Positions 1 through 13,318 of a stretch of 64,000 nucleotides of DNA are shown piece after piece. Within the stretch, counting starts at the first letter, position 1. The number at the start of each line of letters is the position of its first letter. Under the pieces are notes generated by a model, which had not been told where the DNA came from, did no database searches, and was given only the letters and a program-made list of their open reading frames with translations. Where the stretch lies: positions 42,532,001 through 42,596,000 of the forward strand of contig OZ024752.1 of the NCBI GenBank assembly GCA_964016885.1, given 5' to 3'. This DNA is from Eledone cirrhosa (lineage: Eukaryota). Position numbers and translations under genes: made by a program.

Positions 1-158
1 ATATATATATATATATATATATACTTATACATTATATACAGATACATATATGCTATATATATGTTATGTATACATATATATATATATATACATATATATA
101 CATTATATACATATACTCACACATACACATATATAGTTAAAGCATGTATGTGTGTGTG

Positions 159-208
<50 letters not shown>

Positions 209-209
209 G

Positions 210-257
<48 letters not shown>

Positions 258-829
258 ATATAGAAAATATAAAATTTCATAATTATAATCGTATGAAAAA
301 AATGTAGTTTTCAGGCACGCACTTTTTTTTTAGCGGTGATTTCTCTGGCCTCCTCCGAGTTGTCGCTGTAGCTCTGAGTTGCTGATCCTCTCATCGGTAA
401 CCACTTTCGCAGAGAAGAGAGAGACGGTATCATTAGCTTTATCTTGGTTGAGTCACATCGACAAAGTACTTACAGCATTCATTCACAGTACCAGTACCTG
501 CTAGCAGGGACTTAGAGATTTAAATCATTTAAATGAAAATGGCAATAAGTTTTTTTTTTTTTTTTTTTTTTTTTTTTGCCTTCAAAAAAAAAAAAAAAAT
601 AAAATGGAAAAAAAAAAGAAAAGAAAAAAAAGAAAAATAAGAAAATTTACACTTCAGTCATTATAAGAGAATAGAAAAAAAAATATATTCATTGAAACCA
701 AATGTTCAAAAATTAACCTTTCCCACAACAACCTCTCTGACTATACACATTGAAAATAGCTTTTCTATAACATACTCCCTGATCATACAATAAAAAACAC
801 TTTCCTACATCAACCTCCATCGAAAATTA

Positions 830-1085
830 ACCTTCCCTCTGGCCCCACATGGAAAATTAGCCTTCCCACAGCATTCCCACTGGCCCCACATGGAAAATTA
901 ACCTTCCCACAACATTCTAACTGGTCCCACATGGAAAATTAAGCTTCCCACACAACATCCCCACTAACCCCCACATGGAAAATTAACCCTCCTACAACAT
1001 TCCCACTAACCCCACATGGAAAATTAACCCTCCCATAACATTCCTACCAACCCCACATTAAAATTAACCTTCCCACAACATCCTC
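830..1085. repeat. ~40-bp minisatellite (about 6 copies)
   Basis: Unit CCCACATGGAAAATTAACCTTCCCACAACATTCCCACT. Confidence 0.85.
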
Positions 1086-1775
1086 CCTGACTATATACAG
1101 TAAAACAAGGTTCATTTTTATGCAACCAAAACAAAAAAAAAAAACACACTGCTTAGAAGGATTAACCCAGTATGGTGTTATTTGCATTATATTAAAGCCA
1201 GAAATTAGAAAGTCTATGTTTGCAGCAAATGCATTTTGGCTAGTACAAAGTTTTAGTAAAAGTTTAATGAAATTAAAGGAGGCAGAAGCTACATCTGTTT
1301 AATCTAACATAAAATGTAGTACTTGTCTGGCAAGCGACTTGATCAAAGACCATGTGATGATATTTAACCTTCAGCACGCTTTGGGCGACAAAATGCACCA
1401 TATGAGTAATCTAACCTTAATAAATAATGCAGTGTCAAGGGAGAAACAACTCCTAAAAGTTACTAGCATGTTAAAGATTAAACACTTAATGAAATTAATA
1501 AAATTTTAGTAAATCCTTCGAAACCTTCTGACATGGCTAAAATTGGCTCTGATCCGATGAAACAAAACCACCCATTTTAAAAGGTTCCAATTAAAAACTA
1601 TATTTTAAGTTACTATGTGAGTATTATAATAATTAATAATTTTCGTAAATCCTAAAAATTTGTCAATTTTTTTAAATCAAATACATTTAATTAGAAATAT
1701 GGTAACAAACGGTTGAAGAGAAAATTGCTAGAATATTAAAATTTGATTCTCACAAGCATTCTCATGACTAAATTC

Positions 1776-1819
<44 letters not shown>

Positions 1820-1836
1820 TTATATATATATATACA

Positions 1837-2021
1837 CAGGTAAAATTCTGTTATAATGAATACCATTATAACAGATTTTTCCGTATAAAGAAATTTGTTT
1901 TCAATCCCTAAATTAATAATATATGTTCAATTTGTTTCAGTCTATCTCATTATAAACAGTTTTTCGTAACAACAAATTTTTTTTTATACTCTGTGAAGTT
2001 CGTTATAACAGAATTTCACTG
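1837..2021. mobile_element. Tc1/pogo-type MITE
   Basis: TIRs CAGGTAAAATTCTGTTATAATGAA / TTCGTTATAACAGAATTTCACTG in a TA-rich site. Confidence 0.7.
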
Positions 2022-2350
2022 TATATATACACATATATATATATGAAGTATTTCCGTAGGAAGAATAAAGGAAAGGAGAGTGCTCTATGTATGTTACAGA
2101 GCTATTTAATTCTGTAATAAACAATATAAGACAATTATTCCATATACCAAAGGTTTCACGAAGACAGACGAGCCCAACAGATATGTCTGAAATCGCTCAT
2201 CAAAATGAAAATTTAATATGGATTTAATATGTTCATATTAAATTTTCATTCTAATGAGCTATTTCAGACATCTCTGTTGGGCTCGTCTGTCTTCGTGAAA
2301 CCTTTGGTATATGGAATAATCGTCTTATGTTGTTTATTACAGAATTAAAA

Positions 2351-2396
<46 letters not shown>

Positions 2397-2829
2397 AACA
2401 CACATATATATATATATATACACATACATATATATATATATATATACACACACAAACACATATATACACACACACAAACACACATATACATACATATATA
2501 CACACACACAAACACACATTATATATATATATATATATATATATAATCTACACATACATATCACCATTAAGTTTTGTCACTTCTTCCATGTTTGCAGAAT
2601 GGGAAGCATGCCTGATCATTTTTTCAACACAATAGAGGTAAACACAAAAAAAGCTCTAACATCTTCACCAGCAGAGAACATTTTAACTGGAGCAGCTAAC
2701 GAAAGCCTTTTTGGCAGGGTTAGACAGGTAGAAAAAACAAAAGATTTTAAAATTTATCAAGGGAATCACTCATAAATCAATTTAGATGAAGAATCCCAAG
2801 TCAGTAATAAATTCAAATGATGAACATAT

Positions 2830-3195
2830 GTAGCTCAACAGAATCCTCTATGTTAATGTGGCTCAACAATCCTCTATATTAATCTGTGGCTCAACAATCC
2901 TCTATGTTAATGTGGCTCAACAATCCTCTATGTTAATGTGGCTCAACAATCTTCTATGTTAATCAGTGGCTCAACAGAATCTTCTATGTTAATCAGTGGC
3001 TCAACAGAATCTTCTATGTTAATCAGTGGCTCAACAGAACCCTCTATGTTAATCAGTGGCTCAACAGCACCCTCTATGTTAATCAGTGGCTCAACAGAAC
3101 CCTCTATGTTAATCTCAGTGGCTCAACAGAACCCTCTATGTTAATATCAGTGGCTCAACAGAACCCTCTATGTTAATCTCAGTGGCTCAATAGAA
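2830..3195. repeat. ~30-bp minisatellite (about 12 copies)
   Basis: Unit GGCTCAACAGAACCCTCTATGTTAATCAGT. Confidence 0.9.
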
Positions 3196-4390
3196 TCTAA
3201 TTATCAAACAATATTTACATTAACCCTTTAGCATTTACATTACTCTATACTTACTATTGTATTTCCATGGCAAAGGCTTTATCTCACATAATCTCAAGTC
3301 TACGAGATTTTGATGATATTATTGTTTATTTTAAGAACGATATCTTAACGTAGATGTGAGCTGCTGGTTACGGCCGGTTAACATAAGTAATTCAAAGGAA
3401 CAACCTAAAGTATTAGATTGTAGCTCAACAGAACCTACTTAACCCTTTAGCATTTAAACCGGCTGTATCCGGCCAGAATTCTCTCACCTATTTCTGTTCA
3501 AACCAACTGGCCACTTATACTGATGTTAAGGTATTGTTCTCAAAATAAATATCAAAATCTCATAGATTTGATATTATGTGAGGTAAAGCTTTTACTGTGA
3601 AAATACAATAGCATACACTAGTTTTAAGACAGAGTTACATTAACATAAATCAAAGTATTAGGCACCTAATGGATTAGTAGGGGGGACTCAACAGCACCTT
3701 ACTTCTTATCAGAACCCCTGCCATTTCAGTTATGTATATGAGATGACAGTTATGGGTTTATAAGAGGGAGAACTCTATTCCCAGCACCCTCATGTCATCC
3801 AGTCGATAGAAATACTTACTTTCACACACTTCAGCAGTTCTCTTGAATAATAATAATAATAATAATAGTAATGATAATAATAATGGTTTCTTCTATAGGC
3901 TCAAGGCCAAAAATTTTGGGGAGAGGGGAAAGTCGGTTAAATCGACCCCAGTACATTACTGGTGCTTTATTTTATCGACCCCATAAGGATGAAAGGCAAA
4001 GTTAACCTCGGTGGGATTTGAACTCAGATCATAAAGAGCTGTAACTCTCTGCTGCAAAGCATGGTGTCCGACCCTCTACCAATACTGCCAATCCACCATA
4101 ATAATAATAATAAATATATGAACAACATAGCAATGAAATCTTTTCACTTCCCCAAAACCAATGGAAATAAATGCAATATTTTCAATAATGACTGAATATC
4201 AACTACCCGACATTTGGAGCTAGTCTTTTACTTATCTACTATATTCTGGGGTTAAACACACACTCGCACATATATATAAGTAGTTCCATAAAAGTTAATT
4301 CACCATTTCTGAGCTCGATTTAAATGGGATTATACAGAAAGGTCCCTTTCCATATAAATAAGATTATATGGAAAGGGAACCTCATTTAAA

Positions 4391-4432
4391 CCGAGCTGAT
4401 GATCTGTCTAAGGTGAAACAAATTGTTCTCGG
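4391..4432 (+). ncRNA. Minimal type I hammerhead ribozyme
   Basis: CCGAG-CTGATGA-TCTGTCTAAGGT-GAAA-CAAATTG-TT-CTCGG; stem I CCGAG/CTCGG extended by CATTT/AAATG; GUU triplet. Confidence 0.65.
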
Positions 4433-4721
4433 AAATGGTGAATCAACTGTTGTGGAACTACTACTACCAAACTCGTCCCATGGACTGAGATCTCTTCTAA
4501 CTCTAGATATAACCCACCAGTGTTCTGATATATATAACAAAGGAAGTGTGGTAAGGAACCAGATGGACCATAACGCATCAGAGTACTCAATACTTAGGGT
4601 AGTAGAGTGGGTAATAGGAAAAAGCTTAACCCCGACGGCAGAGCTCAAGCCGTTTCAACGGCTATTTCTGTGTCCAGAAATAGCCATCGAAACAGCTTGA
4701 GTTCTGCCGTCGGGGTTAAAC

Positions 4722-4760
<39 letters not shown>

Positions 4761-5144
4761 ATCATCATCATTTTACGTCTGCTTTTCCCTGCTTGCAAGC
4801 TTGCAAGGGTGGGATGGGAACTGATTCTGGCTTGATTTCTACAGCTGGATGCCCTTCCTAACACCAACCTCATTTACAGTGAGTGCTGGGCGCTTTTATT
4901 CCGTGGCGCAAACATGACCACTTTGCAGTGAGTGCTGGGTGCTTTTTTGCCGTGTCACCTCCACGACCACTTTGCAGTGGAATGACCCCAGTCCCTATCA
5001 TCTCATTTCTACAGCTGAATAAACTGGAGCAATGTGAAATAAAGTGTCTTGCTCAAGGAAACAACACATCACCCGGTCTGAGAATTGAACTCACAACCTT
5101 TCGATTGCAAGGCCAATGCTCTAACCACTAAGCCATGTGCCTCC
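4761..5144 (-). mobile_element. SINE family A copy
   Basis: Reverse complement of 27956-28293 with one extra 48-bp module. Confidence 0.85.
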
Positions 5145-6420
5145 ATATTATATATTATATATATATATATAGAGGGAGAGAGAGATATATGACGTGTGAG
5201 TGTGTTTAACCTCTTGAATATACAAACATATACATGCACACACACACGCACACATACATACATATTTATACACACATACACACATTACATCACCATTTAA
5301 CATCTGTTTTTTCCACACTTGCATGGGTTAGCTGTCATGTTTTGAGACATTTGAGGTCAGGTGACCATGTCTTGCTCATGGAAACTTCTATTCTGGCTTG
5401 GTTTCTACAGCTGGATGCCCTTCGTAACGCCAACCACGTTACAGTGTGAACAGGGTGCTTTTTTTTTTATCGTGGCACCAAAACGACCATCTAACAGGGT
5501 GAACTTGGGTGCACTTGTCGTTGTGTCACCTACACGACCACCTCGCAAGGTGGAATGGGTGCTTCATCATGCCACCAACATAACCATTGTGGACTTCTTT
5601 TTTGTGCATTTCTTTTTGTTTTGTTTTGTTTTTGTTTGTGGAGGGTGGACGGTAGTTTGGCAGGGGCGGTGTGTCAAGGATGAGGATTGGAAGCTTGGGA
5701 AAGTGGGGAACAAGCATGCAGGTTTGACACAGGTGAGGTGCATGGGGTCATTTAGCTGGTAAGTGGGTGGGTTAGAGGGAGGATATGGCACATGGGAGGT
5801 ATTAAGATTGGTGAGGGGTAAAGAGCAGAAGATTGGTGCAGACTACATGTTTGTTTCATCCTGTGGACATGAAACGGTGGGTCTTCTGCAGTACAGTATA
5901 ACACCGGAGATCTCGATCCTGTGCCATCTCCTTTGCGTGGTTTAACCGATCAGTTTTTATTACTTCACCCCAAGCTTTCTTAGGTCTTTCTCATTCATAG
6001 TTTCCGTCGACTATTACACAGCAATCGAAGCATGCAAGTTTCCTTTCTTTCCAATTTTCGTAGATCCTCTAAACATATGGAACAGGTTTTACTTCCAAGA
6101 ATCATTACCTTTCGGACACAAGCTCACAAGCTTCATACAGTCTGCCTTTCATTTTGAAGGAGAGACCTTTTGTAGCTAGCAGCAGTAGTTCCCTGAACTT
6201 TTTCTATCCCATTCTTACTCTGGCTACTGTAACTGCTAATTTTATATATATTTATATTTATATATATATACCATCATCACCATTTTACGTCCAATTTTCC
6301 ACGTTATCATGGGTTAGATGAGTTGTCCTGTTGTGGGGAATGCTAGATCAGGTGACCATGTTTTGCTCATACAGAACTGATTTTGCCCTAGTTTCTAACA
6401 GCTGGATGCCCTTCCTAACG

Positions 6421-6474
<54 letters not shown>

Positions 6475-6878
6475 AAGTAAGTTTTGAAACAGTGAGCAGG
6501 TTTGAAATTAGAAAATATATAGCTTTCACCGTACGTCAATACTCATCTTTTTCCATTTATCTGAGGGTTCTAAACCCCACTATCAGGCTAAAATTCCTTT
6601 AGTCAAAAATTCAGTGAAAGCTATATATTTTCTAATTTCAAACCTGCTCACTGTTTCAAAACATACTTACTTGCCATTTAAACTCGCTAAGAATGTAGTT
6701 TCTAATTTGAATGGAAAGAGATGGGTGATGTGTTGGTGTAATGGTAGCACAGTGGTCGCGATAACCAAAGATGTGGTTTCGTCTCCCATGTACGTCAATA
6801 CTCATCTTTTTCCATTTATCTGAGGGTTCTTAACCCCATTATCAGGCTAAAATTCCTTTAGTCAAAATACGGTGAAAG

Positions 6879-6919
<41 letters not shown>

Positions 6920-7301
6920 CACACACACACACAGTAATCTGCTGCAATGTGTATGTATGCCACTTCAACTGTAATGTGTGCATATATAACACCCCATCAA
7001 CAACGACTGCACATGCAGTATCATATACGCTACAATGTGTGCATATGGTATCACACTAACGGCACTATGCACATAGGGCACCACATTCACTGCAAACAAC
7101 ACTTTTAAGTCATCACTACTTCGACACCAACCACAACACCTGACTAATACACCCAACACTTTGAGGTCACCACTACTTCGATACCAATCACAACACTTGA
7201 CTAATAAACCTAACACCTTGATATGTCATCACTACTTCAACCACAATGATAACCAGAATACCTGTCCAGTACTACACCTGAGACTTGGGTTGCAATGTTT
7301 A

Positions 7302-7660
<359 letters not shown>

Positions 7661-7778
7661 TTCATTACTAAATTCTAATAAAATACACTATATTTGAATT
7701 AATTATTGAAAAACCAGGAGAAATTTACTAAAATTATTTCCATTATTAAGATAGTATCTCTAACATTACAAAAGGTTA

Positions 7779-7804
7779 TCTATATATATAAAACTGAGGA
7801 TGTC

Positions 7805-7862
<58 letters not shown>

Positions 7863-8361
7863 TTTGAATCCCTAAAACTGGAGAACCACCCAACCAACTG
7901 TTTTCAAACTTTACACATGTAATACTTATGTTTCGGGGAGTGTTCTGAGCAAAGAAAATTTCAAATTTTCTATGCCCTAGGGACCACATTAGGCGATTTA
8001 GCGTCAACAAAGAAAGTCCAACTTTCTTATGGCCTAGGGCCTGCATTAGGTGAAAAACTTCATTTTTTCAGCTTCTTAGGGCTTTTTGGAGGCGTTACGT
8101 CTAGCCGATTTTCCCGAAATTTCAAGGCATATTATGCACATTAAAAAATTCATTTTCTTGATCCCCTAGGGTCCGCATTAGGTGAAAACCTGCATTTTTC
8201 CTGTTTCATCGAGGAAAATCTTAAAGATTATCCAGCCATCAGAGTATTGGGTTTATTTTCTTTACATAATGTCCAGGCATGCAGTTTTTCCACGATTAGG
8301 TCTATTGGCGGCCCGCATTCCAAAATACCTTATCCCATGCAACGCCGGGTACCACTGCTAG
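7779..8361 (+). mobile_element. Non-autonomous Helitron
   Basis: Starts A|TCTATATATATAAAA followed by a (TG)n tract; ends TATCCCATGCAACGCCGGGTACCACTGCTAG|T (subterminal hairpin plus CTAG); inserted at an AT site. Confidence 0.85.
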
Positions 8362-9511
8362 TATAGTATAAAATTATGGAGGAAGATGTTAACTTAAATA
8401 AGTACTGTTTAAAAAACGGAAAAAGAGGTTACCATTGACCACTACAACGAATTGAACTCTGTATTCTCTAGATGCCAGCGATATATATATATCAGCATAT
8501 GCATGCTTTTTACAGTTGGATGCCCTTCCAAACATCAACTATTTACAGAGTGTACTGGATGTATATATATTATCACAACACAAAACACTGCTAAAGTCCT
8601 AACCTTTGTCTTACCATATTTCTAACTTTTTCAAATAATTTAGAAGTACAAAAGTACAAAATTTGAAGAATTTAAAAAAATAATTATCATTATTAAGCTT
8701 TTAGCATTTAAAAACGGCTGTATCCAGCCAGAATTCTCTCTCCTCTTTCTGTTCAAACAGGCCATAATTGGCAACTCATACTGATGTTAAGGTATTGTTC
8801 TCTACATACATAATATCCAAATCTCAGATTCGATATGCGAGATAAAGCCTTTACCATAAAAATACAATAGTATACATAGAGTAATGTAAATGCTAAAGGG
8901 TTAAACTGGTATTTGGGACATTACTTAACAAAAGTTTCTCAAATAAAATTCTGATGAAATGTCTGTATTCTTAACATTTTGTACTGCTTGAAACTATTAT
9001 ACTTTAGCAAGACATTCTTGAAAAGTACAAAACAACAATATGACTGCATCACATTCAAAATTTAAGTCTTTAGTTTACTGTAAATTTTCACAATAATCTG
9101 ACCAGTAGTAAAGAATCTATAAAGATTTAACCCATTAATGTTCAAACCGGCCAGAATTCTCTACCTCTTTCTGTTGAAACTGGCTGTAACTGGACGCTCA
9201 AACTGATGTTAAGGTATTGTTCAAAATAAATACTTTCAAAATCTCATAGATTAGATATTATGTGAGATAATTATGTGAGGTAAAGCCTTTACCATGAAAA
9301 CATAATAGTATATATAAAATAATGTGAATGCTAAAGGGTTAAATTAACAAACATGATTTTAAATATTTTCTGTTAAGTCATTACAGGCTGTTAAAAATTA
9401 GTAAAAATATGAACATATTAAAACAGGTAGTTTTTGTATCATAAAATCAGGGTACTTTCAGGTGGTTGCTATCAAAAGGGTTAACATGGGAAATGAAAAA
9501 AAATATACTTA

Positions 9512-9733
<222 letters not shown>

Positions 9734-10459
9734 TTAACCCTTTTATTAACATATTTCTAATGAGACACTGCCGATATGTTTCAAATAATTTCAAAAATAA
9801 TCAAGTATTTGGAAGGAAACTCAGAAGATCCCGTTAAGGGTGAAAGCAGCGATTCCTTGCATAAACTTTAATCTGTTCTTTTAATAAATATTTGCTCTAC
9901 GGTTTTATATATTTATATATATATTATCCTTATCGAGCCCTCTTCGGATTTTAGTCTTCACATTTATTATTATTACTATATATAATATAGGGTCAAGTAT
10001 GAAATTTGTATTTTTCTACAAATTTCATACTTGACGACCATATATATATATCAGATATACACATATATATATCAGAGTAGAAAAGCAAGACATATTTATA
10101 TAGTAGATAGATAATTGATTTATTTCTGTACATGATTTCGAAGTAAATCATGTATGTGTTGTTACAAATATAAACATTAAAATTAGCAGTGTCTTGTTAA
10201 TTTCTTAATTCTTATCTATCTGAAAATCCATGAAAAAATCATTTTCTCCACCGAAATATCACTTCACACCACCACAACTACTTGTTTCCACGAATATGGC
10301 AAAATTTCTCTCGACTTACTGAGATATATTCACTTGCCATTACTCGCTCCACTAACAAATTACTCACTCCATCATCACTACAAATTAAATTAATCAGGAA
10401 ACTAACACATTTCGAAGCTAACATGTATAACGCTAAATATGATGATATATATATATATA

Positions 10460-11476
10460 TACCTCCAAAATATATATAATAAAACATGTCTTCAAAATCA
10501 GCTACTCCTGCGGTCCCTCTATTAAATCTTATATCCTTAATAAGAAAACACCCAGAGAACATCAAAATTGCTCCTCTAGAGTCAAAAGTGAATGCCCATT
10601 ACAAGGTAAATGCAACACCAAAGCCATTGTATATGAGGCCAAAGTGACAACCATCAGCAACAACCTACCAGCCACCAGCGAACGATATGTGGGTATGACA
10701 CAAGACAAATTCAAAACGCGTTATTACTCACATGTCACATCTTTCCAACATCCTGATAAAAGATTTACAACAGCTCTAGCTAGCAGAATATGGGATTTGA
10801 AGGACCAAGGTATCCAATATAAATTAGATTGGTCAATTTTGAACCAATCTAAAGAATATGCAAGAGGAACAAGAAGATGCGCACTCTGCATAAGTGAAAA
10901 ATATTGGATTTTACAGAACCTTAAATCACCAAAAACCTGCCTAAATGCAAAAACAGAAATTTTCACTAGTTGCCCACACATGAAATCACACTTGCTTTCC
11001 AGCTCATATAAACTTAACCCACTTTCAGACACTTATCCTCTATAAACTCTTGTCCTTCACTTTCCTTAACTTACCTTCTATACAGACTTCTCTTTCAGTT
11101 TCACTTATCTTTTATTTTTATTTTTATTTTTATTCTTATTTTTACTTCACATCCACTAGTGATTCACTTACTATTCACTGCTATTTGATTCACTTACTTT
11201 ATATCTTAATTTTACTTCCCCCTTTTCTTTCACTACCTGATATCACATGTCACTTGTGTTTTTAACTCCAGATATTTTCCATTGTCCCTCAGCCGCTTTT
11301 ATGTATGTTTACTTGCGTATATTTTGTACCCATTTATTCATACGGCTGTTTTTTTTATATATGTATGTATGTATGCATATGTGTATATATATATGTATAC
11401 ATGTTTGTATATGTATACGAACGCATGTGTAAATGTGTGTGTGTGTGTATGTGTGCGTTTACGTATACGTGTTTTT

Positions 11477-11518
<42 letters not shown>

Positions 11519-12480
11519 CGTGCGTGTGATTAGATGTGCATGTATGTATATATATATGTGTATCGTGTGTATGTATGCGTGTTTATGTATGTATACGTGT
11601 ATGTGTATGTATGCTTTTGTGCATGTTTTTGTCTGTACGTATATATATATTTATATATATATATATATGTGTGTATGAGCTTGTTCGCATATATGCAGGT
11701 TTTCTACTTTTTATTTATTTATTTTTTCTCGTGTTACTTTATATATTATAACCCCTCCCACTTACTTTCTCTTTGCCTTAATTTTTTATTCGTACCTTAT
11801 ATATTATTTCATTAATTCATCATATTTTATATTTTTATCGGCCATTCAGTCTGACACTGCTTTGACTTTATACACTCCCTTCCGTGTATATATCACATAC
11901 ATGTATGTGGTTTCGCGCGTGTGTGTATGTTTATACGTGTGCGTCCTTTCATCCTTGTATGTGTATATATTTCAACCCTTAGTCTGTATGTACGCTAACT
12001 CCATTATCTTACAATTCCTTTTTCAACATATACATATATATATATATATACGTATTTGTGGTCACACATACACTGATATGCTTGTCCTCATGTATGTACT
12101 TACGCACACATTTTTCCACTATACAGATGCATTTGTACATACATACACATGTACATTTGTAAGTGCATATATACACATCCCCTTACTATATTTCTTTATT
12201 ATTTTTTATACATCTCTTGTATTATTACTTTTATTTATTTTTTTTGCCCGTTAAACTTTTACCTTTCTTGAGGAGATTTTTCAAATATTTCACTATGTTT
12301 TAAATTGCCTTGTCTGACGAACAAATGAGGACGTTTCTTGTATTTGTCTTATTCGGGAAACCTCTGGTAATGAGGTAATTATACTGTATTGTTTATTATA
12401 CATTAAATATTTAGCTCTAACTTACATAGAGCACTCTTCATTCCTGACTTTTTCAATTTTCAAAGGAAACTTCAATACTT
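10460..12480 (+). mobile_element. 5'-truncated Penelope-like retroelement (GIY-YIG endonuclease plus long 3' region with hammerhead)
   Basis: ORF 10644-11045 and its upstream frame give CPLQGKC...IVYEAKV...YVGMT...FKTRYYSH...TALASRIW...CALCISEKYWI...LNAKTEIFTSCPH, a Cys-rich PLE GIY-YIG domain. A hammerhead lies at 12303-12380, and the element is flanked by (TA)n. Confidence 0.85.
12303..12380 (+). ncRNA. Type I hammerhead ribozyme (PLE-associated)
   Basis: Stem I AATTGCCTTGT/ATGAGGTAATT (11 bp including G-U pairs), core CTGACGA, long imperfect stem II, GAAA, stem III CC-TCT-GG, cleavage triplet GUA. Confidence 0.7.
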
Positions 12481-12918
12481 ATATATATATATCTCCCAAA
12501 TATATATAATAAAACATATATTTTGAATAATATTAATAACTCCGGAAAACTTCACTGTAGAGTGCTTTTAATCTATTGTAATACTATATTCATTGTGTAA
12601 TCAATGAACCATATTAATCTTTGGTTATATATATATATATCTCTCGGCAGTCGATCGTCTTCCGTCAAATCGGACCGAGGAAACAATGTTTCCGTTGGTC
12701 TTTCCAAATGTTAATACTCTCTATCGGTCGCAACTCCAGGATATATATATACACACACGTATATATAGTTGACGGCTGAGGGAAACGAGTACTCAATACC
12801 GAAGTCGAGTTGATATATATATATACTTCGGTATTGAGTACTCCTTTCACTCAGCCGCCAACCATATGTGTGTGTGTGTATAAACACATTGTGTGTGTGT
12901 GTAAACATATATATATAG

Positions 12919-12980
<62 letters not shown>

Positions 12981-13318
12981 TAATACATTAAATAAATATA
13001 TATATGAGTCGTCAAGTATGAAATTTGTAGAAATGTTTTTTTTTTTAGTACAAATTTCTACAAATTTCATACTTGACGATCCAATATATAGTGCGTGTAT
13101 AAACATATATATATATTATATATTAAAATTAAGGGAGGAAGAACTAATTTTGGAAGTACAAACAGGATTAACAAAAATATGTATTCTATCTAATCTCGCT
13201 TTAATATATAAATATATGTAATATATATATATATATATATACATATATATATCAAGGGAGGTGCCCCAGCATGGCCTCAGCCAGGTGGCTGAAACAGGTA
13301 AAAGAGTAAAAGAGTATA

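Noticed and set aside
3810-3850. GTAAGT donor-like site as a possible NUDT21 exon 4
   Set aside because: It does not encode the expected LGRQDG...WWRPNFE sequence.
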